From Batkoa obscura (taxonomy: Eukaryota): a stretch of 64,000 nt of DNA. The notes below the pieces were generated by a model. The model did not search any database, had not been told where the DNA came from, and worked only from the letters and a program-made list of their open reading frames with translations. Shown here in pieces: positions 24,309 to 37,649 of the stretch (positions are counted from its first letter, which is position 1; each line of letters opens with the position of its first letter). The stretch covers positions 186,001 through 250,000 of the forward strand of contig JASVEC010000016.1 of the NCBI GenBank assembly GCA_030770535.1, given 5' to 3'. A program made the translations under genes and the position numbers.

Positions 24309-25351
24309 ACTTAATCTTCTATTTATTATCCCTTTTAATTTCTAATTATTTATATTTGCATTGGAATTTATTGAAACAAGAAAATAAAAGATGTTAAAAT
24401 AATTTATTACTCCAGACTAAAACAAAGCCAAGGATCTTGGGCAAATCTTACCAATTTTCTTATATAATAAGTAGAGTCTTATTCATCTATTAAAAAATAT
24501 TAACAATTAGATTATATTTTAAGTTGTGACTTTTTGATAATAATAAACATTCCATTTTATATTTAAGGATTAATTAATAGTTTTTCATTCAATAATACTT
24601 AAAAAGTAAAAAGCTAAGTACAAATAAAAAGACATTTGTATATAAATTAGAACTTATTAAAACATTTATATTATGATATATTTTGTATATAAAATATATA
24701 TAAAATATAAAATATATAAAATATATAATATATAAAATATATAAAATATATATAAGATATATAATATACAAAATATACAAAATATATAAAATATACAAAA
24801 TTCAACTATAACGCTCATTTTTGTTCAATATCATATCATACTATACTATATTATATTGTATTGTATTGTTTATTAAAATGTTATCTAATTAAGATGAAAA
24901 TATTTTATCTGGTAATGGTAAAGATTTATAACTATCGCTTGAAGGATGACGATGAACTCCACTAATTAAACCAAAAGAACCTCTTTTATAAGGACTATCA
25001 ATAACAGCCAATGTACGATTAACTAATAGAGATCGTTGACTTTGGTCTACTTCTTTATACAATTGACATGCACCATTATTTACATTATTATCTTTAACAG
25101 ATTGAATTGAATTCAACAATTCCATATTATCTTCATGTAAAGCCCAAATCATCACTCCTTTCAAACCTTGGCATTTGGTATACTCTACTTTATGTTTTAA
25201 AGATTCTGGATCATCATAAGTAATTAATAACTTCTTTTGCGCGCTATATAACCAAGGGGTCATTGTAACTTGATCAAAATGACGCTGCCAACCATTAGTT
25301 GTATCTGAAGTCAACGAGTCTTTTAATAAACCTTGAGATCGTAAATTTTTC
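22573..25351. repeat. Left arm of ~2.8-kb inverted duplication (partner 31281-34059)
   Basis: Reverse-complement identity in spot checks across coding, intron and intergenic sequence. Confidence 0.95.
24670..24800. repeat. AT-only low-complexity tract (~9-nt ATATAAAAT-like units); copy at ~31830-31960
   Basis: Degenerate ATATATAAA/ATATACAAA repeats. Confidence 0.7.
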
Positions 25352-26400
25352 CATTGCCAAACACCTGAATAAGTATAAGGAGCTCCTGGACAAGGGTCTG
25401 ACCACATAGCGTCTTGTTGATCTCCTTGGGGTATTGTTTTTGAAAATGGAACATAAAATTGATTTTTATCTTTTGAATCCAATTTTAATTCGTCTTGTAA
25501 TTTAAAAGAACGTCCATAAAAGGCTAAACCCATCACTAGTTTTTCTTTTGGAAACTTAGCTTGTAACCAAGAAGTAACTCCACTCATATACGATTGTTGA
25601 AATCCATTAGCAGTAGTATGACGTAAAGGTGCATTAGGTCCAGTAGTACTAGACCATGGGCCATTGATATCATAAGCCATAACATTGATAAAATCAATTA
25701 AATTAGCTAATTCTGTAGTATCTTTAATAGGACCATTAGGACCATCTAAAGGTTCTACACGTACAGCTAATGTAATTAATTTCTTTTGATCTTTAAAAAT
25801 AATATCTAAATTTGACCTTAATTCTCTTAATAATATAATAAAATTATTATAATCGTTCTGAGGATTAATAATATTACAAGCCATTCCTAATCTTCCTGGA
25901 AATTCCCAATCAATATCAATTCCGTCTAATTGGAACTTTTTAATATAATCAACAATTTTATCAATAAATATCTTTCTTTTATCTTTATCATTAAAGATCA
26001 CGGACATTACTTTACTTCCTGTCCAACCACCAATAGATAATAGTACTTTAACATTGTTATCATGTGCTGCTTTAACTACTCGTGGCAATAAATATTCACT
26101 TTCTAAATATGGTTCATAAGTACTCTCTTTAATTATTGCAAAACAATAATTGATATGTGTGAGTTTATCAAATGCAATTTTTTCAGGTATTAATTCATTC
26201 GCTTTCCAATCCGCATAGTAGCCTACTATCACCTTGTCGCTGGCACTAGTAGCATAAGCGGAGTCTTTGATTGCTTCAATATCATTAGGTTGATCTCCAG
26301 ATTCTGATGGTAGGTTTTCATTGTAATAAGAATCACGTCGGATTATGGACTGGGAGAAGATAGTAGTTAAATAGAATGTCAATATTAATATTTTTTTCAT
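24889..26400 (-). CDS. Secreted GH18 chitinase
   Basis: Signal peptide, VIVGYYADW, THINYCFA, KVLLSIGGW, catalytic LDGIDIDWEFP (DxxDxDxE), VMAYD, ITYDDPES, GVMIW. Confidence 0.95.
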   Translation of the reverse strand: MKKILILTFYLTTIFSQSIIRRDSYYNENLPSESGDQPNDIEAIKDSAYATSASDKVIVGYYADWKANELIPEKIAFDKLTHINYCFAIIKESTYEPYLESEYLLPRVVKAAHDNNVKVLLSIGGWTGSKVMSVIFNDKDKRKIFIDKIVDYIKKFQLDGIDIDWEFPGRLGMACNIINPQNDYNNFIILLRELRSNLDIIFKDQKKLITLAVRVEPLDGPNGPIKDTTELANLIDFINVMAYDINGPWSSTTGPNAPLRHTTANGFQQSYMSGVTSWLQAKFPKEKLVMGLAFYGRSFKLQDELKLDSKDKNQFYVPFSKTIPQGDQQDAMWSDPCPGAPYTYSGVWQWKNLRSQGLLKDSLTSDTTNGWQRHFDQVTMTPWLYSAQKKLLITYDDPESLKHKVEYTKCQGLKGVMIWALHEDNMELLNSIQSVKDNNVNNGACQLYKEVDQSQRSLLVNRTLAVIDSPYKRGSFGLISGVHRHPSSDSYKSLPLPDKIFSS

Positions 26401-27042
26401 TTTATAGTGTAATTGAGAATGTTAATAATAATGAAATGGTTTTTTTACTAAATATTAAAGTTAGTTTATTTTTTAGAGCTTTTATACAAGTTGAGTTTGG
26501 CATTTACAGTTGCTTTGATAGAGAATTGATTGAGACTTTAAAATTCTAAAAATGAGAAATAGAAATTTCCAGGTTTTAAAACTTAAATTCAAGTCTTAAA
26601 TTATTTTAAATTACTTTTTATAGCATATTGATTTGTTATAAAAGTTTGTTTGAAATGTTAGAATTTTTTTATAGTTTATTATTTATTTTGACAGGTTGTC
26701 AAAGTTTTTTATATTAAAAATTAAACTTTAAACAAATTTTGGTTTCAAAAAATTATAAAAGTAACGAAAAATTATTAAAGTTTATTGAACAAAATTGAAA
26801 AGTTTAAGGCAAAGTTGATTAAATTTGATTTTTTTATAAGTTGTATTATATATTATATATTACATATTATTTTTATTTTATAAAATCAATATTATTAATA
26901 GATATCATTATATACCTCTCTTTAATAAAAATACGTTAAGCTTCCCCCAAAATGTTATATAGAATATATCTTTTTTATTATTATTAAACATTAACTAATT
27001 GTAATTCTACACCACTCATTTCTATCCTTCTAAAACTTATAT

Positions 27043-27846
27043 CTACACATAAATCATTTGAGAAAACCTTTTAGGCTTAAATTTAGGTAAATTAAAAGCT
27101 AACACTGCACCAAACGCCTAATAAAAAACATTAAGCAATCTTAACTCCTATCATCTATATAAAAAAACTTTTGCTTACCAACAATAAAATCAATAAAATA
27201 ACAATAGCTAAAACAATTTGACTTGCAGGCGGACCAGCTAAACCTTCAATAGTAGCGCCTAACCAAAAAGCAAAGGGGAAGTCGGTGGGTATTTGATAAT
27301 GAGATTCATACCATAAATTCAACTCATCCCAATTATCTCTATAAGGTGAATAAGGAGCAAAGATATAAGCATTTTGTTTGTTTATTGGAATAATATGAGA
27401 GATATAAAATAAATATAGAATTAATAAAAATATTAAGCTACCACATGTCATGGTATACTATTAAAAAGGTTAATAAAAAGGAAATAAAAAGAGTTATATT
27501 AAACTTACCCAATTATTAGCTTCTTCAACTTCATTTTTTATTGATACAATAGAAAAGATTAAAATAGCACATGTAAATAAATTTAATATTAAGGGTAACC
27601 ATACCATGGAACCTCGATTACTTACATTCCAAAAATCAAAAAAAGTTAATAGAATTAAGATACACTAATTTAATAAATATTATATTAATATCATATTAAT
27701 GTTATATTTTATATTAATTTGAATTTATTAAAAATTACCAATAATAAAGTTTGAGATGTAAAAAATAAAGCTCTTATAAATGTTATAATTCTTAACTCTC
27801 GATTACTTTGTTCTATTGGGACTTGTAAAAATTTTAATTGAGCCAT
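27043..27846 (-). CDS. Uncharacterised membrane protein with ~4 TM segments (4 exons inferred)
   Basis: ATG at 27846; GT-AG introns link MAQLKFLQVP.., CILILLTFFDFW.., the 27155-27451 ORF and a short last exon; hydrophobic stretches. Confidence 0.65.
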
Positions 27847-28729
27847 TTACGATTATTAATAATATTATTATCAAAATAAAATTGGAATATTAAATTAAAT
27901 AGAAATAAAAATGATTTTAATTAATATTATTGTATTTATTTATATTCTAATTTCTATTATTTTTGTTTCTATTGTTGATACTTTTGTTACTCAACGTTTA
28001 TTTAAATGTTATCTTGGCTCTTCTGGTAAATCAAATCATGTGGTAATTATATCATTTGAAATTGAAAATTATTAAATAAAATCATCAGTTAATCAATAAT
28101 TAGCTTGTAAATCAATATAATTTATGAAAAATATTAACTTATTATTAATTAAAATAAGGTAAAGACATACCCGACTATTATTATTAAGTAAATGTCAACT
28201 GAATGGTGACTAAACCCTAATCTTAGCAATTAATTTAAAAATATAAATTAATCTTTAGATTAAATCAGTTTCCATAAGATTATTAAAATCTTGAATGGGA
28301 ATATTAAATTTCATATAACCTTTAAAAACAATTCAATTAATATTTTATCCTAACATAAAATACTTTATCTAAATAATTGAAAAAAGTAGACTTAATCGCC
28401 ATGAACCAGTTCATAAATTAAGTGTACTTATTTCATTTTATAAAGACTTGAATGTTAAAGGTATTATTCGGTAAAGAGTTTTAAAATTTTAAAATCGGAG
28501 CATATTATAACTATGGAAATTAAAAGATTGTGGGTTTGAAAAAAAGTAATCAAAAACAAAAATAAGAAAATAAGTTAAAAAATTTATTTAAAGAAAAATA
28601 TCGAATTAATATACATGAAAAAGATATTATTTCACAAAGGTAAATGAGATAAAGAGTTGAATTCAAATTCAAATAATATCTGGTAATTAAAGAGTAAGTA
28701 GGTATTATTATTAAAGCTATATTTATTAT

Positions 28730-29842
28730 TTAAATATTAATTAAACTATAATAAATTATACTTAATAATATAGATAATATTAAATTTGGGTATAAAGTTA
28801 AACCATTTGAATTATAAAATGTTTTAACTTGAAGTCCCATACCATTATTATTACTATTGTCCCCATCTCCATTGTTTTCATTATTTTGAATAGATTTACC
28901 CGTCATATTAGATTTACCTTCAAATACTAATGAAAAATCATTATCAGATGAAGTAGCTGGACCATAACATTCAACGTTAACTGATTTTAAAGCCATAAAT
29001 AAATAACCCTGTTTAGTGATATCTGGATCATCCCAATTGATTGAGCCACCTGCCCATTCTTTTGTACCTTCAGCACCAGCACCACCATCCCAAATACCAA
29101 TTTCAATTCTAGATGGCGAACTAGGATAATTATATTGTCCATCTTTCAATGTATCTGATTTCTTTAACGTTCTTACTATTTTATTATCAACTAACCAATT
29201 TAATTCATCTTCTTTCCAATCTATAGTATAATCATGATATTCTGAATAGGAACTGCTTTGAATAGGATGTTTCATTCCTTTTGTTAAATCTAATATACCA
29301 CGATAATAATAATTAGATTGTACTTCATTTAAGTTGCTACCAATCCATTCAAAGTCAATTTCATCTTTATCTTCGGCCATAGTAATAAAACTAGTGATTA
29401 CACCTGCTCCTTTACTTGTTTTTAAACTAGCAGTTATCTTTGCAAAGTTAACATACCTTGTGGAAGTAATCCTTCCACCTCCACTACCCTTTGGCATTTT
29501 AATTAGTAATTGGTTATTTTGAATTTCGACTTGACCAGTGGTAGCCCATTCAACACTTCGATAATCACCAGTATAGTTATCTAAGGGATGGAATTTACTG
29601 GAATCTGTGAATTGATACATTTTGGATTCACATGCTGGAGGTAATAAACACGCATTTTTTCCATTATCGTCCGTAATCGAGTATTCTTTTTGACATCCAA
29701 TACCACAGAAGTTATACCCATTCCCACAAAATCCATGACTAGAACAACAGGGACTCCAAGTATCACATTGATTGCCATCCGTTCCGCAAGAAAGCGTAGG
29801 AGTTATTAATGATAAAAATAATAGTAAATAACTAATAAGCAT
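28730..29842 (-). CDS. GH16 Crh/Utr2-like chitin transglycosylase with N-terminal chitin-binding domain, probable GPI anchor
   Basis: Signal peptide, PCCSSHGFCG..FCGIGC (hevein/CBM18-like), DEIDFEW, YHDYTIDW, GIWDGG..GTKEWAGG, hydrophobic C-terminus. Confidence 0.92.
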   Translation of the reverse strand: MLISYLLLFLSLITPTLSCGTDGNQCDTWSPCCSSHGFCGNGYNFCGIGCQKEYSITDDNGKNACLLPPACESKMYQFTDSSKFHPLDNYTGDYRSVEWATTGQVEIQNNQLLIKMPKGSGGGRITSTRYVNFAKITASLKTSKGAGVITSFITMAEDKDEIDFEWIGSNLNEVQSNYYYRGILDLTKGMKHPIQSSSYSEYHDYTIDWKEDELNWLVDNKIVRTLKKSDTLKDGQYNYPSSPSRIEIGIWDGGAGAEGTKEWAGGSINWDDPDITKQGYLFMALKSVNVECYGPATSSDNDFSLVFEGKSNMTGKSIQNNENNGDGDNSNNNGMGLQVKTFYNSNGLTLYPNLILSILLSIIYYSLINI

Positions 29843-30461
29843 TTCGAAAGTTAGTAGTTAATAATTAAATAAAAAAATAGAATCTTAATTGAATATAGTT
29901 TAGTATTTATATTATTTTCCTTGAATGATAGTTATTAATTTTAACGTCTAATTTTTTATGGCTACTTAATTTTTAACGTTTATTTTTTTAATTTTTCCCC
30001 GCAAGCTTTTAACTTCTTCACCCCACATTTTCTTTATTTTTTTGACCAGATGCTTGTTTGTTGATTTTTTTTTAAAAATTAGGCTTTTTAACTCAAATAA
30101 GTTGTTTAGCCCAACTTCTTTTAAGTAACAATAAAATCATCTAACATCAAGTTGAATGTTTATAATAAATAAAAGCTTTCTCGTTTCTATTATGTATATT
30201 AAATTGAAAAATTAAATTTTAAATTTTGTTGATTTTTTATTGATAAGTTACTAAATTAACTTAGTTTAGTAAGTTATTAATTTATCAATTCTATATAATT
30301 ATTTATCGAGCATTAAAATCTTCAATATTTTTATGAACAAGGTTTCTAAATTTAGTCGGTTGATTATGTATTAAAGTTTATTATGAAATTCAATAATTCT
30401 AATAAAATATAGTAATTATTAACTTATTTATTAACATAAGGTAGTAGTAACCTTAATGTAC

Positions 30462-30568
30462 ATATGGGGATGTATTTTTGTGTTTAAGAGTTTTACTAAC
30501 AAATCTTCCGCTTAAATAGTGCTTAAAAAATGGAAGAAATAATGAAGTCAAAAAAAACACTCCCATAT
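30462..30568 (+). mobile_element. MITE family A, TSD ATAT
   Basis: Consensus match. Confidence 0.85.
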
Positions 30569-31270
30569 CCTTTCAAAAATTTATAGAATTAATAATTGAA
30601 AAAAGTTCTTACTAATTTTTAATTCAATAAAGTTAATCGACAGAATGTTATTTATCTTACTATTAATTTTATGAAATAATATAAATTAATTACTTTAAAG
30701 TATTTATACTAATTTCTTATTTTAAGCATACAAGCATATGTAGATAACTACTTTATATATAAAGATAATGAAATTTTCAATATTTTTTCAAGATGGATTT
30801 AGGCTATTAAAAAATATAATTAACTACTCTTTGCTAATAATAGTTACTTTTTAATATAAGAAAATCTAAAGCTTGACACTTTAATATTATATTAACATTA
30901 AACTATTTAAAGTTAAAAGCTTTGTACCACTTTCTTTAAAATAATAAATTATTTGGTTTAAACAACTAGAATAATTTTACAAAGATGAGTTAAAAAGTAA
31001 TCTTATCATCTTTCTAAACAATATAGTAATATAATCGCTTTGACTATAGAAATAAACCTCGTTAATAACCTACAGTTAAGTATCATTAAGTGTAATATAA
31101 TAATATCCCCTATAATAGCAAATAGGTTTTAATTATCTCATATTAAAATTGAATTTAAATAAACAAACATTCATTTTCTATTCTTGTTTCAAAATAAGTA
31201 CCCTCAAAGTGATTATCAAGCTACTATTTAATTTTATCTTTATCCTAACATCTTTCATATTTATTCTAAC

Positions 31271-31743
31271 GTTTGGCGATGAAAAATTTACGATCTCAAG
31301 GTTTATTAAAAGACTCGTTGACTTCAGATACAACTAATGGTTGGCAGCGTCATTTTGATCAAGTTACAATGACCCCTTGGTTATATAGCGCGCAAAAGAA
31401 GTTATTAATTACTTATGATGATCCAGAATCTTTAAAACATAAAGTAGAGTATACCAAATGCCAAGGTTTGAAAGGAGTGATGATTTGGGCTTTACATGAA
31501 GATAATATGGAATTGTTGAATTCAATTCAATCTGTTAAAGATAATAATGTAAATAATGGTGCATGTCAATTGTATAAAGAAGTAGACCAAAGTCAACGAT
31601 CTCTATTAGTTAATCGTACATTGGCTGTTATTGATAGTCCTTATAAAAGAGGTTCTTTTGGTTTAATTAGTGGAGTTCATCGTCATCCTTCAAGCGATAG
31701 TTATAAATCTTTACCATTACCAGATAAAATATTTTCATCTTAA
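31271..31743 (+). pseudogene. 5'-truncated duplicate of the GH18 chitinase (C-terminal ~150 aa)
   Basis: Identical to the C-terminus of 24889-26400; lacks signal peptide and catalytic DxxDxDxE. Confidence 0.88.
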
Positions 31744-34059
31744 TTAGATAACATTTTAATAAACAATACAATACAATATAATATAGTATAGTATGATATG
31801 ATATTGAACAAAAATGAGCGTTATAGTTGAATTTTGTATATTTTATATATTTTGTATATTTTGTATATTATATATCTTATATATATTTTATATATTTTAT
31901 ATATTATATATTTTATATATTTTATATTTTATATATATTTTATATACAAAATATATCATAATATAAATGTTTTAATAAGTTCTAATTTATATACAAATGT
32001 CTTTTTATTTGTACTTAGCTTTTTACTTTTTAAGTATTATTGAATGAAAAACTATTAATTAATCCTTAAATATAAAATGGAATGTTTATTATTATCAAAA
32101 AGTCACAACTTAAAATATAATCTAATTGTTAATATTTTTTAATAGATGAATAAGACTCTACTTATTATATAAGAAAATTGGTAAGATTTGCCCAAGATCC
32201 TTGGCTTTGTTTTAGTCTGGAGTAATAAATTATTTTAACATCTTTTATTTTCTTGTTTCAATAAATTCCAATGCAAATATAAATAATTAGAAATTAAAAG
32301 GGATAATAAATAGAAGATTAAGTATGGAATCAATTTCAAAAAGGAAAACAAGAAGTAGAACAGATGTAATAAAGCTAAAGTTGGATGATCTTAATAATTT
32401 ATTAAACAATATATTTAAACAACTAGATTCTCATTCAAACCTAGACTTCAAACGAATAGCATACGGTAATTGTATTGATAGTTTAAATCAACTAACTTAT
32501 TTTTAGGATATTTAATATGGACTGAAAAGGCACTTAAAGCAATAGCTAAAGAAAATAGCTGTATTGAGATTAATAGTCTCCTCAGAAAGATATCCTATTA
32601 TGAAACCACTTTCAATAAAAGCCTTGAAGTACGTGGTACTTTATTAGCTTCAATGAACAATACAACAATATCAGATATGTATTCAATAAAAGGAGAATAT
32701 AGTTATAATCACTTTCTAGAACAAGGGTCCGTTTTTTTTACAAAAGTAATGGACCCATATAAACTATGGTTTGAAAAGTTTGATATGAAAGCAATATTAG
32801 AAAACAAAGAACCTAATACTTTATCTTATACATTGATTGCACTTCTCGCTCGTTTTGCTCTTCCACGTGATAGTATAGCTTATAAACAGATTTATGGAAA
32901 AGCTTTACAGGGAGTGAAAGTAACTTTACCTAATTCTTATTGTAATCCTAATCGTAACCATGTAGTGGCTTTGGGATTACTATGCTTTGTTGGGTTATCA
33001 CACTCCAACTTTAATCTAGCCAAACGTTATTTTTTAGATGCTATAAGAATGGCTCAATGTTTAGGGTATAATATTAATGATGAATCATTTGAAGAAATAG
33101 ATATTAGTGATACAAGATACAATGAGTTGTTACAAGGTAGAAGAATTTGGAAAACACTGTGTCTTACTTATTTAGTTCTTTCATCTTGTATTCCAGATAT
33201 GCCTTTTATTAAATTTGAAGTAAAGGACCCGTTGTATTTTTTTAGAAAGAATCAAAACGAATATGTCGATAGTAATAAACCATGTCTCAAAGTCATGGGT
33301 GAGAACTCGTACATGTATGTCCAGGATTTTATTGAAGTGAACATAAGAATATCAACTCATATACAAAAGACAAAAGAAAGTTATCAAATGTATAATGATT
33401 GTAGTAAAATACCTACTGAGGATTTAATTTTGGCTCGAAGTGACTTTATAAATTGTTTGACTGTATTGACAAATTTAATTCAAGATATAAAATTAGCAAA
33501 GAATGAGTGCGATTATAGCAAAAAGGAATTAAGCGAAAAGATAGATGATCATGAGTTTAACTTTAAAAGATACTTTAAAGTGTTAGTTCAACATACTATA
33601 ATTACACTTTATTATCCATCTGTTATAGTTTACCCCCAGCCTGTCCAATTTACAGCTGCAGAGTTAAGGTTATTATTTAATAATGCTAGCCAAGTTGTTG
33701 CATATTGTTTAAACAAAGGTTTAGATAATAGACTGGATCGTGAAGTTTTTATTAGATTCCATAAATTCAATGCTAAGCATCAATTCCAGTCAAACATACA
33801 TATACCGTTTTACTATCAAGCATGTTATTGCTTTTTTGCACTTATTAACCTACTACACTATTCATCACAGTTGAAACGTCAAGATATCTTTATGATTGAT
33901 GAATCAAAGACAAAATGCTTTTTATTAGTTAGAGAACTTGATGAAATATCTAAATCAAATAACAAAAACCAAGCCAAGGATGCCAATAATGCATTGGATC
34001 AGATCAAGTCTCATCTCTATCGATTTGAGCTACCTCCAGATTTGATACAAAAGATATCA
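31281..34059. repeat. Right arm of ~2.8-kb inverted duplication
   Basis: Reverse complement of 22573-25351. Confidence 0.95.
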
Positions 34060-34074
34060 ATATATTTAAACTGA
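32324..34074 (+). CDS. Duplicate MHR-type transcription-factor-like protein (intron 32466-32506)
   Basis: Identical protein to 22558-24308 except V/I near the C-terminus; different stop codon. Confidence 0.65.
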
Positions 34075-34539
34075 TATTATTAATACTATTAAAATAAACT
34101 ATCCATTATTATACATTTTATTGTTTATTTTACATTTTTATTGCTAAATTACAAAAAGTCAACCGCACCAAGTTAAAAAATTGTTGTCATTTGTACAACA
34201 ACCTTATAAATGACTTAGAAGGATATTTATGGAGAACTTATATAATATCTTTTATAGCCTGTTTGTATTTAGTTATAAGATTCATAAAGAATCAAACCTA
34301 GGAAAAAATTGGACTTTAAGCCTAAATTAACCTATTTATAGTAAATAAGAAGTTAAAATGATTACTTGATTTGTTTTCCAACTATTTTACTGTGAATTAT
34401 TGCTATGTACTTGTAATATAAGTGTAATTGTGTGTTATAATAAACTAAATGGTCACAGCTACTTAAATTAAAATCCTCTTGCCATTATTTCAATTTTTAT
34501 ATAGCTGAGTAAAATTAAATTAAAACTTAGATGGTTTTT

Positions 34540-34643
34540 TAATGAGGATGTATTTTTTTTAAGAATTTACCAAATAATCTTTCCGCTCAAGTAGTGCTTA
34601 AAAAATATAAAAAGTGATATAAGTCAAAAAAACATTCCCATAT
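34540..34643 (+). mobile_element. MITE family A (degenerate), ~75 bp upstream of amidohydrolase copy 1
   Basis: GAGGATGTATTTTT...AAAAAAACATTCCC-ATAT. Confidence 0.75.
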
Positions 34644-34718
34644 AGTAAAATAAATCTAAACTAAAAATAAAAGTAAAGAATGATAAAAAACATTATAATA
34701 AAGAATGTACTATAAAAT

Positions 34719-36902
34719 ATGTATGCTAAAATATTTTATAATAAGTTGAAATCAACTAGAGCTCCTATTAAATCTCCTATTTTATTTTCAATATCAGTAA
34801 TTATTATTGCTTTATTATTGATAAGCGTAAAAGTTGATGCAAATAATAAAAAGTAATTAATGATTATATTATTTAACTAATAAGTTAATGATTATTAGAT
34901 GTTTACCAAGGTTGCCAGAAACAGATTTAGAAGCTTATGCTATCTATAATGCAGAGATTTTAGTATATCAAGCTAACAACTATAGCTATGTAGACTCGAT
35001 GGTAATATCAGATGGTAAATTTGAGTTCATTGGCAAGCATCAGGAACTAAGGAAAAAGTATCCAAACATTAAGTCCTATAATCTTAATGGATATACAATA
35101 CAACCTGGATTGATTGATGCCCATACTCATATATTACGTCGAGGAAGACAAATGCTACAGGTAGATTTAAGAGACTCAACTTCAGTTTCTATAGTATGTG
35201 AGCGTATTGGACAACACTTCTTGAGTTCTGAAAAAGTCCCTTTTATTCAAGGTTTTGGTTGGGACCAAAACTTAATGAACAATCAATTCTTCCCAACTTA
35301 TAAAGATTTGGCTTTTGATCAAACAAAATACCCTGGATTAGATGATATCCCAATCTCTTTATCTCGTGTAGATGCACATGGTGTTTGGATTAATAAAGCT
35401 GCTTTGGATTTAGTAATACAAGCAAATCCAAGTATAATCGATCCTAAATTTTCAGTTCCTGGTGGAGATGTCATTCGAGATAGCAATGGCTATCCTACTG
35501 GAGTGTTTATTGACAACGCACAAACGTTAGTAACAAGATTAATTCCAAAACCCACTGAAAAAATGGAGCTATTAGCCTTAGATAGTATCACTAGGGAAAT
35601 GTTAAGTTATGGCTTAACTGGAGCCCACGATGCTGGAGTGAACCTTGATGAATTGGCGGTGTTCCAAAAAGCTTTAAAGCAGGATAATCTACCAGTTCGT
35701 ATCTATTCTATGATAAAATGTGCTCAAAATGTAGAATTTTGTGATGAAAAAAGTCTCAAAAGTCTTAATCTTCCTGACAAAAACTATATAAATAAGAACA
35801 AGCTTTTTATAAGAGCCATTAAAGTGGTACTGGACGGTGCTTTAGGGTCTTGGGGTGCAGCTATGATTGAACCTTATTCGGATAAGAATAGTACTGGTTT
35901 AATCACTTATGATCTAGATATATTACGTAAAAGAATGAGTATTTGGTCCAAGATGGGATTTCAAATAAATTCACATGCTATTGGAGATTTAGCTAATCGC
36001 ATGGCTTTAGATAATTATGAACATTTGTTAAGCAATATAACAAAAAAGGAGCTCAAAAAACAACGTCATAGAATTGAACATTCTCAGTTATTGGTAAATC
36101 ACTATGTTTTATTTTTGCAAACTATACCTATTTTGTCTATTTATTAGACTGCTAAAGATCTTCCAAGGTTTGCTGAATTGGGAATCATTCCTTCTATGCA
36201 ACCTACTCATGGTAAAAGTATAAAAATTTATATGACAATTGTCTAATTATCTTATTAGCTACATCAGATATGCTGTATGCTGAAAAAAGAATAGGACCAG
36301 AAAGAATTAGATATGCTTATGCATGGAAATCTTTATTAAAATCAGGGTAGTAGCTATGTTATTATAGGTCGAAATAATGTTAAAACAAATTAGAGTACAA
36401 GCTTTACCATTTTCATCAGATTTCCCAGTGGAATTGGTGGATCCGAGATTAGGATTATATGCTGCTATTACTAGATTAGATAAGAATGGGAATTCAGTAA
36501 CAATATAAAGCTATCTATCTACTATCACTGATATATATTTATTTAGCCATTAGGATCTGATGGTTGGTACAAAAATGAAGCTGTATCTCCATATCAGGCC
36601 CTGAAAGGATTTACAATTGATGCTGCTTTTTCAGCATTTAAAGAGAATGAAGTAAAACTAAACAATTTCAAACAATAGTAATTTTAACCGGCTTTTATTT
36701 AGATTGGATCTATTGAGATAGGAAAATTAGCAGATTTTATTATAGTTAAGAAATCATGGTTGGATATTCCAGCTAAAGAGCTATTACATGATGACTTAAG
36801 TGTGCGTACTACCCTTTTAAATGGGGGAGTATGTATTTAGACAAAGTTTCCATTAATTGGCTCTTATAGATTGTTTACTTTTTTGACAGTTTAAAAAGTT
36901 AA
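34719..36902 (+). CDS. YtcJ-like metal-dependent amidohydrolase (Amidohydro_3), copy 1, N-terminal hydrophobic anchor
   Basis: Exon 1 from ATG 34719; PGLIDAHTH, KVVLDGALGS, HAIGD, RHRIEH, SMQPTH, SSDFP, GSIEIGKLADF; several 3' introns. Confidence 0.9.
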
Positions 36903-37511
36903 AAATCAACCTAAATTGAACAAAAACATCACTGTTTTACAACCTAGACTTCTAATCGAATATATAGTATATATTGAAAATATCTTATATTGTATTAATG
37001 TATACCTATAGTATGATTTTTTTAACTTGAATAAATTAAATTTTAACTTCAAAAATTGAATAAGAGATAAAATTCAAAATCATTTTGAATTTAGTTAATG
37101 CAAATAGACTTTATTTAAGTATTGCTGTATTATAACATTAAGGTCAACTAGTAGTATCTTCACTACTTCCTTTCAATTTTCTTTTATAAATAAATAGTTT
37201 ATTAAAAAAATTTCAACTTCTAGCTCATTTTAGTTACTGTTTTAGCAGTTTAACTATTATTGTTATCTTAGATTTTAGCTACACTATACTTACTGCCTCA
37301 TCTCAATCTTTAATTTTCTTGAATCAAAAATATACTCTACTAAATCATAATCAATAAATAACGTTTTGACTGTCTTTCTAATAGACTTTGTATATTTATT
37401 TATGAGCTTAATTAAATTAGCTTCCGCCTCACAATTGATTACAAACTGAGATTAAGTAATTAAGCCCTTAAAACTACTCCACCTTTTGATTATATTTCAT
37501 TATTTTCTACC

Positions 37512-37617
37512 ATATGGGGATGTATTTTTGTATTTAAGAATTTTACTGACAATTTTTCCACATAAATAGCGCTTAAAAAATGGAAAAATACTGAAACTAA
37601 AAAAAACAGCCCCATAT
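37512..37617 (+). mobile_element. MITE family A, TSD ATAT
   Basis: Consensus match. Confidence 0.85.
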
Positions 37618-37649
37618 CCTTCTTTCTTCTGTTTTATACTTCTTTTAAC

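Noticed and set aside
24589..24798. 69-aa YIL-repeat ORF and its copy at 31834-32043
   Set aside because: Translation of an AT-only low-complexity tract.
27960..28420. Splice-like signals and short frames on the minus strand
   Set aside because: Could not assemble a stop-free spliced ORF or a convincing ncRNA.
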